Assembly (NCBI RefSeq): GCF_006345805.1
Contig: NC_043015.1
Coordinates: 13,764,001 to 13,828,000 of the forward strand
Direction of reading: 5' to 3'
Length of the DNA stretch: 64,000 nt
Origin: Octopus sinensis
Lineage: Eukaryota
Both the position numbers and the translations under genes were made by a program. Under the pieces are notes generated by a model, which was not told the origin of the DNA, ran no database searches, and saw nothing but the letters and a program-made list of their open reading frames with translations. Within the stretch, counting starts at the first letter, position 1. The number at the start of each line of letters is the position of its first letter. Shown in pieces: positions 40,682 to 53,538 of the stretch.

Positions 40682-40723
40682 GTGCAAAGGCCCGATGAAC
40701 CTTTACATTTGAAATATATAAAG
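40682..40723 (+). CDS. candidate exon (VQRPDEPLHLKYIK)
   Basis: aacttttatatgtttcag| acceptor, AAG|gttgca donor; 42 nt, phase 0-0; the other frames are closed. Confidence 0.4.
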
Positions 40724-41138
40724 GTTGCATAACTTTCACTTTTTGCATAGTAAGAAGCTCTCTGTCTTCATTATTTCTTATTTTACTTATATAGGTGCAA
40801 GCATAACTGATGTTAAAAAGTTTGTTTTGCAACCATATGGTTTTGGGTTCAGTTCCACTATGTGGCACCTTGGGTAAGTGTCTTCTGTCATAGCCCAAGG
40901 CTGACCAATACCTTATGAGTGAATTTGGTTGATGGAAACTGTATGAAAGCCTGTCTTATATGTGTGTGTCTTTGTGCTTGTCCCCCTGCTTGACCACTGG
41001 TATTGATTTATTTAGGTCTCAATAACTTAGTGCTTCAGCAAAAGCGACCAATATAATAAGCACCAGTCTGAACTCAAAACCGCATGACTGCAAGGTAAGT
41101 GTCTTACCCACTCAGCCATATAGGACCTATAGGATAAT

Positions 41139-41246
41139 GCTCACAGAACGTAGGTTTACCAAGTGGTCACCCATCTAAGTACTGACTCAGTTTAATATTG
41201 CTTAACTTTGGTGATTGGATGAGAACTGGTGCATTCAACATGATAT
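41139..41246 (-). pseudogene. 5S rRNA-derived pseudogene/fragment
   Basis: Reverse strand reads atcatgttgaatgcaccagttctcatccaatcaccaaagttaagcaa...agtacttagatgggtgaccacttggtaaacc...ttctgtgagc. This is colinear with metazoan 5S rRNA including box A (agttaagc) and box C (agtactt.gatgggtgacc). Many substitutions, 5' end missing, no oligo-T terminator. Confidence 0.85.
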
Positions 41247-41668
41247 CTTTTATATTCTACTGGTTTCAGTCATTAGACTGCGACCATTCTGGAGCACTGC
41301 TTTGAAGAATTTTTAGTCAAATGAATCAATCCTGGTACTTATTCTCTTGGTCACTTTTGCCAAAACACTAAGTTACTGGCACATAAACACAATGCCAGTT
41401 GTCAAGTGGTGATAGGGGACATCCTCAGACACAAAGACACACACACATATCTGTGTATATATGACAGGCTGCTTTCAGTTTCTATTTATCAAATCCAATC
41501 ATGAAGCTTTGATCAGCCTGAGACTACATTAGAAGACATCTGCCCAAGGTGCCATGCAGTGGGACTGAACCTGGAACCATGTGGTCGGGAAGCAAACCTC
41601 CTACCACACACCAAAGCCTGCACCTATATGGCTGGGGAATTTTAAATCTTAAATTTCACTATTTTATT

Positions 41669-41707
<39 letters not shown>

Positions 41708-42539
41708 ATATTTCATTTTTCAAATTCTTCATGAATAATATTTGAAACAGAAAGATACTTCATAGTATTAAGGTAGGTTATTGTGCTTAGTTATTGCTGA
41801 TTGTCTCTTATTTGTTAGTCTGAAATGTTTAGCCTAAACTACTTTGCAACCACAAGGTTTTGAATTCAGTCCCACTGTGTGATAGCTTGAGCAAGTGTCT
41901 TCTACTGTAGCCCCTGGTCAACCAATACCTTGTGAGTGAATTTGGTTGATGGAAACTGTGTGGAAGCCTGTTATTTATATATGCATGTGTGGTGTGTGTA
42001 GTGTGTGTTTGTATGTCTGTATTTGTCTGCCCACTTTCACTTGACACTTAGAGTTGGTTTGTTTATGTCCCTGTAACTAACACTTTAGCAAAAGACCTAA
42101 AAAAATAACAAGTACTGGGGGCAATCTGTTCAGCTTAAACCCTTCAAAGTAGTGCTCCAGCATAGCCACAGTTTAATGACTGGAACAAGTAAAAGGCAAA
42201 AGAGCAATCTCCTGGATATTTGTTACAGCTGGGTAGTATGAGTGCAAATATGGATCAGTTGCAACTGTTGGTAGGTAGTGGCTGAGAGGTAAAATTTAAA
42301 GGAAAAATGAGTTCCCTGTGACTGGTGCAGTCTATCAACTATTAATGTATGGCAATTGTAGTATTTAGAATGCACCAGATGAGCCTGTCTGGGGTAATAG
42401 GTGAATCATGGTTAAGAAATTAGCAAGTAAAAATTGAAATGATTAAAGCTAGGTGGTATATATTTGTAATTGTTGTATATTGTAATTATAATGACTGTTA
42501 AAACTTGACCAGTGTTCTTAATTTTAATTGCATAAAAAT

Positions 42540-42750
42540 TTTACTCTCACGGTTCACTCACCCCAAATGTTATTCCTCCCGACGTTTACCCGACCATTTT
42601 TTCAAAATCAGTTTATACTTAAAACCTCCCCAGACACATAAGCAATGTGCGTGTGAAGTTTAAGAAAACTTGGTCGAGCCGTTTTGGCGCAAAACAAGGA
42701 CATACCGATACACACACACACAGACATTTTCAGTTTTAATATGTAAGATT
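42540..42750 (+). mobile_element. Lep1-like non-autonomous Helitron 3' portion
   Basis: gtgtgaagttt..aaaacttggtcgagccgtttt...(ca)n cagacattttcagttttaatatgtaagat; CpG-rich. Confidence 0.45.
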
Positions 42751-44715
42751 GATATAATATTCTTTCATCTTTTACTTCTTATATTCATTGGACTGTGGCC
42801 ATGCTGAGGCATCACCTCAAATTGTTTAGTCCAACAAATTTCCCCCTAGTGCTTTTAAAAAAATTTTTAATGAAGTCTGCTGCTTATTTTATTAATTTTT
42901 GTGCCGTAACTCTAAGTTACAGGGATGTAAACAAACCAACACCAGTTATCTCTGATTCATAAATCCTATCTCTCTTTATTGAACTTAAATTTTAGTTCCC
43001 ATGTTTGCATTTACTTGCATAATGCAATATAATCATGCAAACATTTGTGTGATTTCTGCTTTAATAAAACCAAATTATTCTAATGCTTTACAAAACTGCC
43101 ACTAAATTAATAGTTATTTAGCACATTTCCCTTCATTTATTAACCACATAAAATTAATTGTTTCATTTGAGTCACTTCTTAGCTCCAAATTATGCTATAT
43201 TAAGCAGCAGCAAGTGAAATTTCCAGCTTGCTATTTAACCTCCATTTCAATGAACTGAGGAGTAAAGATTTTTGTCTAGGTCAATGAAATGAAATAATCC
43301 ACAAGTAAACCAACAGTCCAGTATCTTATGCCCTTGGTTTATTTATTTTTTTGTATGTGATTAAGAAGCTCACTTTGCAATCATGTGGTTTCAGTTTCAG
43401 TTCCACTGTGCGGCACCTTGGATAAATGTTTTCTGCTTTAGCCCCAGGCTGACCATTGCCCTGAGAGTAAATTTGGTAGATGGAAACTGTCAAAGCCTGC
43501 CACATATATGTGTGTACATGTGTGAATTAATGTTAAAGCTCATTTTATGTGTGTCTTTGTATTTGTTCTGCCACTGCTTGACCACTGGTGTTGGTTTGTT
43601 TACACCCCTGTAACTGGTATTTCATTTAGTTTTAACAGTTTTATTCCTTGTGCATCTTTATAAACAGACTCCTTTCTTTCCAGATATATTTACTCTCTCA
43701 TGACTTTCCCAAGAAAATTCATAATAATTCAGTAATATTTGGTTTTTTTCCTTTATTGTTGTGAGCTGCTGGTAATTCTATAAACAAGGAAGCCTCTATG
43801 CAGTTACTTTATCTGCTAGAAATAGACATTTTCCCTGAAACTATACTCTAGATTCACAAAGCAGAAAGGATACTCTGGATAACCTTTGTAGGTGGTCAAA
43901 GCTAGACTGCTTTTGCTCATAAGATCTGCTTTATTAGGGTTGACCTTGCACTACACAACAATAACCATTGAATTATAGTAATAGAATATTTATCACTCAT
44001 ACAGAATAATGAGTTTGAGTAAATCCATTCTGTCCATAACTGTATAGTCCAGAATTTTCTACTCCACATTATTAATATGATTCAAAAAAGACCATAGCAA
44101 CATGCTTTGCACGAACTTCCTTACAAATACTCAAAAGTCTTGGCTAAGAACTCAGTACAATTTCACCTTACTACAACTAATATTTGTCTATCAATCTATC
44201 CATTCTTCCATCCTACCAACCAACCTACTTCCCACACATAAACATATATGGTTGCAAAACATATTACATATGTATGAAGTCTTATCTGTATACATACTTA
44301 TACAGTACATACACAAATCAAATTAATTTATAATAATTTTATTTTGTATTTGATTAAAAATTAAATATAGAAACAACCCAGAGTAACTTAGTTTTTTTTT
44401 TGAGATACTTTGGTCCACTACTTTGCCCATCAATAAAACTTTATCTTTTCCTAATTTTTTGTATCATTATCATAACAAATTAGTAATTTTTACCTTTGCA
44501 AATCATCTGCTTGTGCACTTCAATCAATCTTCCAATATTCCTGACTTACTCTTTCCTACAATTACGTTAAAAAGAAAATAAATTAAACACTAATCATGTC
44601 TTTGCATTGTTATTTCATTACTCCATTAATTTGCATTCCATATTGAGCAACATCGCTGCTTTGTGATTTACTCTTGAATTATTTTGTTGAAATAGGAATG
44701 TATCAGTATATAATA

Positions 44716-45660
44716 TATGAAGGTTGGGTGAAAAGTTCATAGGCTGACCAAAATACTCTCATGGAATGAGAGCATCTTAGTCATTGAAGTTTATTTTACA
44801 ACATATAGTCCCCCATTGTGGCCCACACACTTCTTCTATCGGTGTTGCAGTGCTTGGATCCCATTGGTGAAGAAGTTTTCATCCTGTTGGTCAAAAGGTC
44901 ATCAACCATATATAACATCATCATCACAGCAATACTGGTTCCCAGCCAAGTGTTTTCTATGTTGGGGAACAGATGATAGTCAGATGGGGCTAATTGAGAA
45001 GTGTGATCAACTAGTCAAAAGCCACAGTCACACACAGTAGCTAATGAAAGCAGGGACTTGTATGCTGGAGTATTGTCCTGATGAAACAAGATCTCTTTCG
45101 TCAGTTTTTTTGGGTGTTTAGTCTTGATAGTTTTTCATAACTGCCTCAGGAATTTGAGTACTCTCTATTGATGGTATGGCTCTTTTGAAGTTAGTCAATA
45201 AACATGATGCCTTTTGCATCCCTAAAAAAACTAAGGCAATCACCTTTCTTGCAGATGAAATGAGCAGGTAAGGAGAAGTGTTTCTACTGCATGGATTGTC
45301 TCTTCATCTCGAGCTCAAAGTAATGAAGTCAACACTCATCCTTGGTTAAGAAGTGTTCAAGGAAACCAGCTGGGTCTGCCTCAGGCAATGTCAGATTTTT
45401 CTGTGATGTGATCAGCATGCAACACTTTTCATCAGGTGTCAGAAGGCATGGCACTCACTGAGCAGAAATCATTATCATATCAAGTTCTTTGTGCAAAATA
45501 TTCTCAACTATCTCACAGGATATGCTAATAGCATTGGCTATTTGATTTATAGTCAATCGCTTGTCATCCATCACCATGTGGTGAACACGATCAATGTTTT
45601 CTTCAGTGGTGGTAGGTGCAGAACATCCAGACCTTGGGTCATCTTCAAATGCTATAAAAT
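44716..45660 (-). mobile_element. second mariner-family transposon fossil (irritans/Hsmar2-like motifs)
   Basis: Terminus tatgaaggttgggtgaaaagttcataggctgac; reverse strand encodes FEDDPRSG..TTTEENIDRVHHMVMDDKRLTINQIANAISIS and DEC.LHYFE.EMKRQSMQ. Confidence 0.8.
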
Positions 45661-47610
45661 TAACAACGGAAATAAACTAACAACAGAAATATTATACAAA
45701 TGTAAACAAGGATAAGTACACATCTGAATTCTCTTGTCCTTACCCTGTACTGACCAAAGTCTTGTGAGTGGATATGATAGACAGAAACTGAAAGGAAGTT
45801 GTGTGTGTGCGTGTGTATGCCCATGTCTTGATATCACATAATGGTAGACAGAAACTGAAAGAAGCCCATTGTATGTGTGTTTGTGTCTGTGTTCCTCCCC
45901 CATCACTACTTGACATCTAGTGCTGGTACCTTTATGTCTCCATACCTTAGCGGTTTGGCAAAAGAGTTCGATAAAATAAGTACTAGGCTTAAAACGTAAG
46001 TCATGGGGTTGATTTGTTTGACTAAAACCCTTCAAGGTGGTGCTCCACCATGGCCGTAGTCAAATGGCTGAAACAAGTAAAAGAATAAAAGAATATGTAT
46101 AAAATTGCACAGACTTATACATTATCAAATATGCAATCTTATTTTGGTAGTCAAACTGAATGATTAATGATACATGCAAACATAGCCACAGTAGCTATGT
46201 TTTGGAAACCACATCTGTGTTAAAAAAAAAAAAAAGATACATGCATATACTCTTTCTAGTGTTGGTTTCTTTTTACCCAATAACATGAACCAGTGATGGG
46301 ACCTCTTTATCATCTTTCACCATTCTCTAAATAGCAGCCACATTTCTGGATTTACTGTGTTCTGGGAAAAAAGAACCCATTGGATGATATAGTTTTTGGT
46401 GCACTGGGCTTTGTGGTTAAGAAAGAGATCGGATGGTTGCAAATGAAATGTCTTCTCGTGTAAATATATTTTACAATACTGGCCTGGTGCCAGATAGCTA
46501 AAACAAGCATAAACAATGAAGGAGCTTATATGTGGCCAGATTCCTGTCAAATCACTTACCATTGCATCTAATAAATAAATGAAATTAAAAATGGACACAT
46601 TGGACAGTGTATTTCATGATATACAAACAGACTGGGTGGTCACATCTGCAACACCTTTTATCATACATCCATTCTATTAGGGCTAATTTGGAACTAAACA
46701 ACCACCATAGGATCCTCTACATGGTTGGTTAATCTACCAAAAATAGTTGTCAAAGCTCTTCCATAATGTAAGTTACATTAGAGAATGTAGAGAATATGCA
46801 AAAATATTGAAGGTCACAGTTGGAGCGCTTTCATTACAAGGCTTGCTCAATCAGGGGTGATCTAAGGATAAACAACATTGTTTTGGGTAAAGTAGTTGCT
46901 ACATCAATAATTCCTAATCCTCTGTCATTTCTCAGTGCAGCTTGATATATTTTGTCTTTTACTCTCTGTATACACTAAGTTATCACTATAAAAAAAACTG
47001 CCAAAACACTATCTTTAAGATAGCATATTAGTGAATATTAGAATTATTTTGTTATATTCTATGCCTTATGATTAGTGTATCTCTCATATTTATGTTAAGC
47101 TTATTTGAATGTTATAATGATATTTTCATATTTTACTTCGTTTTATAAAACTAGTAAGTCTATTGTAAATTTCCATTGTTTTATAACTTGATTATCATTT
47201 TTTCTCCTTTAATTCTTTTATAAATTGTCCTTAGCTTTTGAAGATATTCATTAAAAAGTTTTCAAGTACCCCAAAGTAGGTTGAAATATTTAAATATGAG
47301 GCTTCTTTAGCTAAATTGAGTTATAAGTCAATTTAAAGTTTTATATTAGATTGCTGAAATTTTGTGAGAATGTTGGTTGTAAATAATGTCCTTTTTGAAA
47401 GAAAATTTGATACAAGTGGGTCACTTGTTTGAACATAAACAGTATTGGGTTGCATAAATCTTTGCTCATCTCATAGGACTTTTCAGTTGCTGTACTGAAT
47501 ACTCTGTTTCATAAGTGTCGTGCTATTTTCCATGTGATAAATTCCAAATGGATTATAAATTTATGCTTATACTGCCACATTGTGGCATTTGATGTTTCCT
47601 GAATGTTAAT

Positions 47611-47834
47611 TTAACTCTTTAGCATTCAGATTACTCTGTCAAATGTAATGCTTATTTATTCACCATGTTTTAAATTAATCTTGCATTATCTTGTAGCTCT
47701 GAGATTTTGATGATGTGATTGTTTATTTTTAGAATGACATTGTAGGGTAAGTGTGAGGGATGGGATCTGGTTGATTTGAACATAAAACAGAATATTTGGG
47801 TCATTTATGGCCACTTTAAATGCTAAAGGGTCAA
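47611..47834 (+). mobile_element. piggyBac-type MITE family 1 copy
   Basis: ttaactctttagcattcagattactctgtc...aaatgctaaagggtcaa. Confidence 0.75.
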
Positions 47835-47857
47835 AGATACATTCACTTTTTTGTCAG

Positions 47858-47930
47858 GTGATTATTTTTCTGCAGTCTCTCTTAGTTCGTATCTCTTTTG
47901 AATCCTTACTGGATATATTTTCACTTCTTT
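47858..47930 (+). CDS. possible exon (VIIFLQSLLVRISFESLLDIFSLL)
   Basis: cattcacttttttgtcag| acceptor; weak donor |gtagat (alternative |gtatct at 47889); phase 0-1; hydrophobic. Confidence 0.25.
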
Positions 47931-49094
47931 GTAGATGTTGATACTGGATCACTGAACTCAATCTAATCTTTGTTCACTTCCTCCTATTACTGATTACTGT
48001 TTTGCTTTATCACTGCTCAAGATATCTCTTGTACATTAACTGCCATTTAACATTTTCATTGATTGACACAATATGATTCTTACAATTCCACCCACTTTAT
48101 CCTGTATGTTTCCCTCTTCCTACCCATGCCGTGCAGTCATGAAAGTATCTGTTGTACAACACTTCATGATTATCATAATGAATAGAAAGTATTTCTGTCT
48201 GACATGCTTTTCTCTTCCTTGCTCATTAATGCTGTTGACAGTTGAAAAAGTAAATGAGCCAAGTAACCTAAATGAATTAATTTACATTGAACAATAATAA
48301 TTTTGTTAATTCAGAAAACAAGCTATCGTTTCATACTATTATACTCATGTCAAATGATCCATATGACACCAGCTGCTTCCTTTGTTGGCTCTTTGACAAC
48401 TGAATATTTTTTGTGTATTCTTGTTCTTGAGATTTAGCTACTTCATTCCAGAATAGAATGATAAAGCAATGCTTTCTGGATATTATTTATTAAAAGACTA
48501 GGTGCCTAAAATTAAATGCTGCTGTGACTTAAGCTGGCTTAAAACTTAAAATATACCATATATATAAAGTTATTTTTATAATTTGGTAGAGTTCAGTAAA
48601 TTTAAAGTCTTTCCTTTGTTCTTTCACTGATCATGAATTTATAAGAAAAAGAATAAGTCACTGTGAAAATAATATTTCTAAAACATTTATTTCCATAAGA
48701 AAGAAAAATTCCCTTTTATCAAGACAATACATTTATGTTTCTCTAGGATATTTTCGTCGTTCTGATTTGAAATCAGAGGAAATGGAGAATGGTCTATTAT
48801 TTTGTTGTTTCATTTTAATTTGCAGTGTTGAAGTTTGTTCTAGGTTATAGAAATGCTGCTGTAAGATAGTGTTCATTTGTTTATATACTTCACACAAAAG
48901 ACTGTTTGTGTGATGAAATCCTCACAACCATAATACCATACTTGTTGTGAATCATGCTTAGGAATAAGATATAGTATAGGTATTGGAAAGAAGGGTAAGG
49001 GGTAGTGGGTATGCTTAAATGGAAGTAGCATAGGAAAGCAGGAGGAAATAAGATATAGAATGTGTATCAGAAGAAAGACAAGTGTGTGTGCGCA

Positions 49095-49132
<38 letters not shown>

Positions 49133-49468
49133 AGGTTTTTACAGTGGCAGTCTTCTCAGTAATAATGATTTATAACTCTGGCATGATGCCACAAATTTTG
49201 AAATCGATTGAATTGATCCTAGTACTTGACTGCCACTTATTTTTAACAGTCCCAGAGGGATAAAAAATACAAAATTGACTCTGGTTGCATTTGATCTCAA
49301 AGACAGAAAGGATATAAATAAATGCCATAAAATAACTTGGTCCATTGCTCTGCTGATACCATCATCTTGATTGTGTTATTACTAAAACAAATATTAAAAT
49401 AATGCAGCTGGATAACGGGCTGAAACTGGAATGAAAGCAGTTTGTGAAAATTGTTTTGCCTTCTATAG

Positions 49469-49726
49469 TAATATTTCTCTACCATTTTTACCCAATGGAT
49501 CCCTTTGAATCTTGTTTTATTTGGATGAACCATCCTAGCAAATCAATGTTTAAAAAAATCTTATTTTATTTTTATAGTTAAATATTATCAAGAATTATAT
49601 TTTAAAAAATTGTTTAAATAGCTTGTGTATTGTTGAAAGATATCCAATTTATTGCAGATAAATTTTATCAACAAAATCTTATATGGGATTCCCAAGGGTC
49701 ATACGGTCTGTAGCTGAGAACCCCTT
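49469..49726. mobile_element. older copy of the same hAT MITE
   Basis: Internal similarity to 26253-26510 (tggatccctttgaatc.., ggattcccaagggtcatacgg); TSD ttctatag / ttctagag. Confidence 0.55.
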
Positions 49727-49921
49727 TTCTAGAGGAATAGTTTTTCTTTCTTAGATTCTTTCATTGTGGAACATATAAATATCTGTTAAGAGTTAAGGTT
49801 TTAAAAAAGGGAAATCTAATCTCTTTAATGCAGTTTTAGTTGTGTAACATTTCCAAGATAAATATCACATTTGGACAGTTTTATAGAGTGCCAGTCTGCT
49901 AATGACAAAGGTACTTAATTC

Positions 49922-50070
49922 TCATACAATACTCCTACTGCTAAGAGCAGTGAAATCTACTTTGCAATGGCACTTATTAGTAAATAGATGAACTTGATGT
50001 TCATCTATTTACTAATAAGTGCCATTGCAAAGTAGATTTCACTGCTCTTAGCAGTAGGAGTATTGTATGA
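49922..50070. repeat. perfect 72-bp inverted repeat with 5-nt spacer
   Basis: 49922-49993 is the exact reverse complement of 49999-50070; spacer ttgat. Confidence 0.97.
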
Positions 50071-50625
50071 TTTTACAGATTTTATTGGTGCTGAACTGAA
50101 GATTGGCTGGGTCAAAGAAGTTCATAAAAGATCCATTTCAGTGTCCCCCCCCCCAATTGATTTACTGTGTTGAAACAGTGTTCAGTGATGCCCAACTAAT
50201 CCAATGAGTTATTCACATATTGTCTTTTCATGATAATTGTTATGAGTGATAGAGCTATTATGAACAGTGGTTGTTAATGAATTCTTCCCAACTATATGGT
50301 TCCAGATTCAGTCCCACTTCATGGCACCTTGGGAACATGTCTTTTCCTATAGTGTCAGGCTAACCAAAGCCTTGTTAGTGGATCTGGTAGATGGAATCAG
50401 AAAGAAGCCCATTGTGTGTGTGTATCCTTGTGTCTGTGTCCCTGTAACTTAGTGGTTCTGCAAAAGAGACTGATAAAGTAAGTACCAGGCTTAAAAAAAC
50501 AAAGTTCTGGGGTTGATTCATTCAACTGAAAGCTTACAAGGTGGTGCCCTAGCATGGCTGCAGTCTAATGACCAAAACAAGTAAAAGATAAAAGCTAAGT
50601 GTTCAGCTCATGTTAACTAAGACAT

Positions 50626-50646
50626 CTATCTATCTGTCTGTCTGAC

Positions 50647-50687
<41 letters not shown>

Positions 50688-50750
50688 GACTGACTGCCTG
50701 TCTGACTGCCTGCCTGCCTGCGTGTGTGTGCATGCATGTGTGTGTGTGTG
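50626..50750. repeat. (TCTG)n/(GCCT)n/(TG)n compound microsatellite
   Basis: Direct inspection. Confidence 0.9.
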
Positions 50751-51912
50751 TAATACATATATTTATATATATATATCGTTGCTTAACATCCACTTTCCAT
50801 GCTGGCATGGGTTGAATGGTTTGAACGAGGACTGGCAAGCCAGGAGGCCGCACCAGGCTCCAATCTGATTTGGCAAAGATTCTACAGCTGGATACCTAAT
50901 GCTAACCACACTGAGAGTGTAATGGGAGCCAGTCAGGCAGCACTGGCACTGGTCACACTTGAATGGTGCAGCATGGAAAACAGATGTTGAAGGAGGGGGA
51001 GGATGATATACACACACACACAGTTAGTTTCTTTACGTTCATCAAGTTAGAATATGAGCATTGACTAATGACTTAAAACAAATCTCAAATGGAATCTAAG
51101 ATACATGAACTGTGAGACCAGCACCTTCAACATTTGACCATTACACATCCACCAAATTTCTACACTTATTACAGAACCACATGTATACGTAGTTTAGTTG
51201 GCAAATGATTTATTAAATATGATATTACAAACTTGGTTGATAACATCTTGTCAGTAAGCACTTATATATACTTTGTACTTGAGACAATTTATGTTGGAAT
51301 TAAATTAATGTTAAAAATGTACCATCAAAATTTAGCTATCTGAAATTTGTCATGTAATCCTTACATTAAGAATGTTAGCTGCTGAAATACTTGCAAGAAA
51401 AAGAAGAGGGAAAAAAATATTTCAAATTAGCTATATTGAATTAAGTCTTCATTTAAAAGGGTCAGCATTTGGATAGTGTAGGTACATTAATGTATTTGGT
51501 GTAAGTTTTAATGTACTTTATTGATTTATTGTACTCATGCATTGAGATATAAACATCAGGATGCTATTGAAATGCTTTGACCAACAGTGAGAAAAATAAA
51601 TACTAAAACAAAATAAAAACCTTTGAAATAAAGCATAATTTGGAAAAGTCAGCCCTAGGACTGGTTCATTATTATGCCATGTTGCACCAACTATTAGGTT
51701 CCTTCTGGCTTATCGAGAATAAATGAATCAATAAACACAACACAAATGCCATTACCACCACCAATAACAACAACAAATCCTGACAACTTGAAAATGTTAG
51801 TCCATGTCAATCATATTAACGTTTGATAACTTGTTAAGTTGGCAGTGTTCTGGAGGCAATGTTTGTACAACTATATGAAATCATGCCAAATTACAACAAA
51901 AGATATTTCTAG

Positions 51913-51948
51913 ATCTTTCATATTTATGTCCATCGTTGTAATCACAAT
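51913..51948 (+). CDS. possible 36-nt exon (IFHIYVHRCNHN)
   Basis: atttctag|...CACAAT|gtaagt; consensus donor, weak acceptor. Confidence 0.22.
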
Positions 51949-52123
51949 GTAAGTTTGGCTGTAGTTTTGCTATTTTAGTGCTGCCTTCCCATTACGCATC
52001 TTACACTGATAGAGTGGTGTGTGTTTGACTGAAATCTGACTTAGTGTTGTAATATCAGGTTAAGTGGAAGGAATTTAGTTAATGCTCTGTTTTGAAATGG
52101 TGTGAGATTGTCTATAATTCTGA

Positions 52124-52157
<34 letters not shown>

Positions 52158-52561
52158 GCTACTGCTGCTGCCACTGCCGCCACTATTGTGACATATACGT
52201 GGTTGTAATTTTACTTAATACTGACAAAATGCATGCATTTTTCTCTAGTTATATTTACCAATACGGATAATATATAAATTTATAAACAAAATGGACATGG
52301 CATGGCTTGGTGGTTAGAAGTTTGCTTCTGAACCACATGGTTCCAGGTCCTATCTCACTGTGTGCCACCTTGGTTAACTGTCTTCTATTAAAGCCCCAGG
52401 ATGACCAGAACTTAGTGATGAGTAGATTTGGTGGATGGAAACTGAAAGAAACCTGTCATAAAGGTGTGTGTGTATGTATATATATGTGTGTGTATATATA
52501 TGTATATATATATATCTTTTATCTTTTACTTGTTTCAATCATTAGACTGTGGCTATATATA

Positions 52562-52714
52562 CAGGGTGTAGTGAATATATGGTCTAAATTACGCAAAAAT
52601 GAAAATAACACTGACCTTACAACTATACTTTGTAGTCAACAAAATCAAAAACAAACAATGTGTATGTGTAAAATTAAAAATATAAAATGGTGACAATTTA
52701 CCTATTGCACCCTG
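52562..52714. mobile_element. 153-bp MITE (Tc1/mariner-type) related to the 18141-18978 element
   Basis: TA|CAGGGTG...CACCCTG|TA termini; the right ~110 bp aligns with 18870-18975. Confidence 0.75.
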
Positions 52715-52901
52715 TATATATGCTTATGTATGTATGTATGCATATATATGTATGTATTTATGTATATGTATATATGCATATGTATGCATATATATATATA
52801 TATATGCATTTGTATGCATATATATATATATATATATTTATTTTATAGAAGGAGCTTCTACAGGACTAGAACTGTTTCATTCAAATGAAATCATCAGGAA
52901 G

Positions 52902-52937
<36 letters not shown>

Positions 52938-53538
52938 CATGCATATATATACACTTGTGTATGTGTATATATAAATCATTTAATGTCTGTTTTCCATGAT
53001 GACACAGGCTGGACAGTTTGACAGGAACTGGCAAGTCAGAAAACTGTGCCAAGCTCTACTGTCTATTTTGGCATGGTTTTAATGACTGGATGCCCTTCTT
53101 GACACCAACCACTTTACAGAGTGTACTGAGTGCGTTTTACGTGGTACCAGCAGCAGTGAAATTACTGAGTAGCAAGAGCCCTCAACTGGAAGAATAGTAT
53201 TGAGGGACAGTCTGAAGACTTAGTAGTTGGTTTTTAATAAGATGCAACTATATGTTGAGAATGATTTTATGTAAGTGTATTCTTCTTACAGAGTCTAAGA
53301 TAGCATTTGACAGTGTAAAGCATAGTGTTTTAACTCTTAAAATGAAATCCACTGAAAATAAAAATCGTTTCTTTTATCCTGTGAATCAGCAAAATTCGTC
53401 ATACAACTTTAAAACTCTTTAATTTGTTAATGAGAACACTTTTTTTTTTTCCCCCTTTTAAATGTGTTTCACCGCTGATTTAATGCTAAATGATACAGAC
53501 TATGTTATTACTTGGCAGCATTTACATTTATATTTCAG

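Noticed and set aside
50079-50170. Exon candidate xFIGAELKIGWVKEVHKRSISV after the hairpin
   Set aside because: The acceptor is acceptable but no convincing donor precedes the stop; mentioned only as context for the hairpin.
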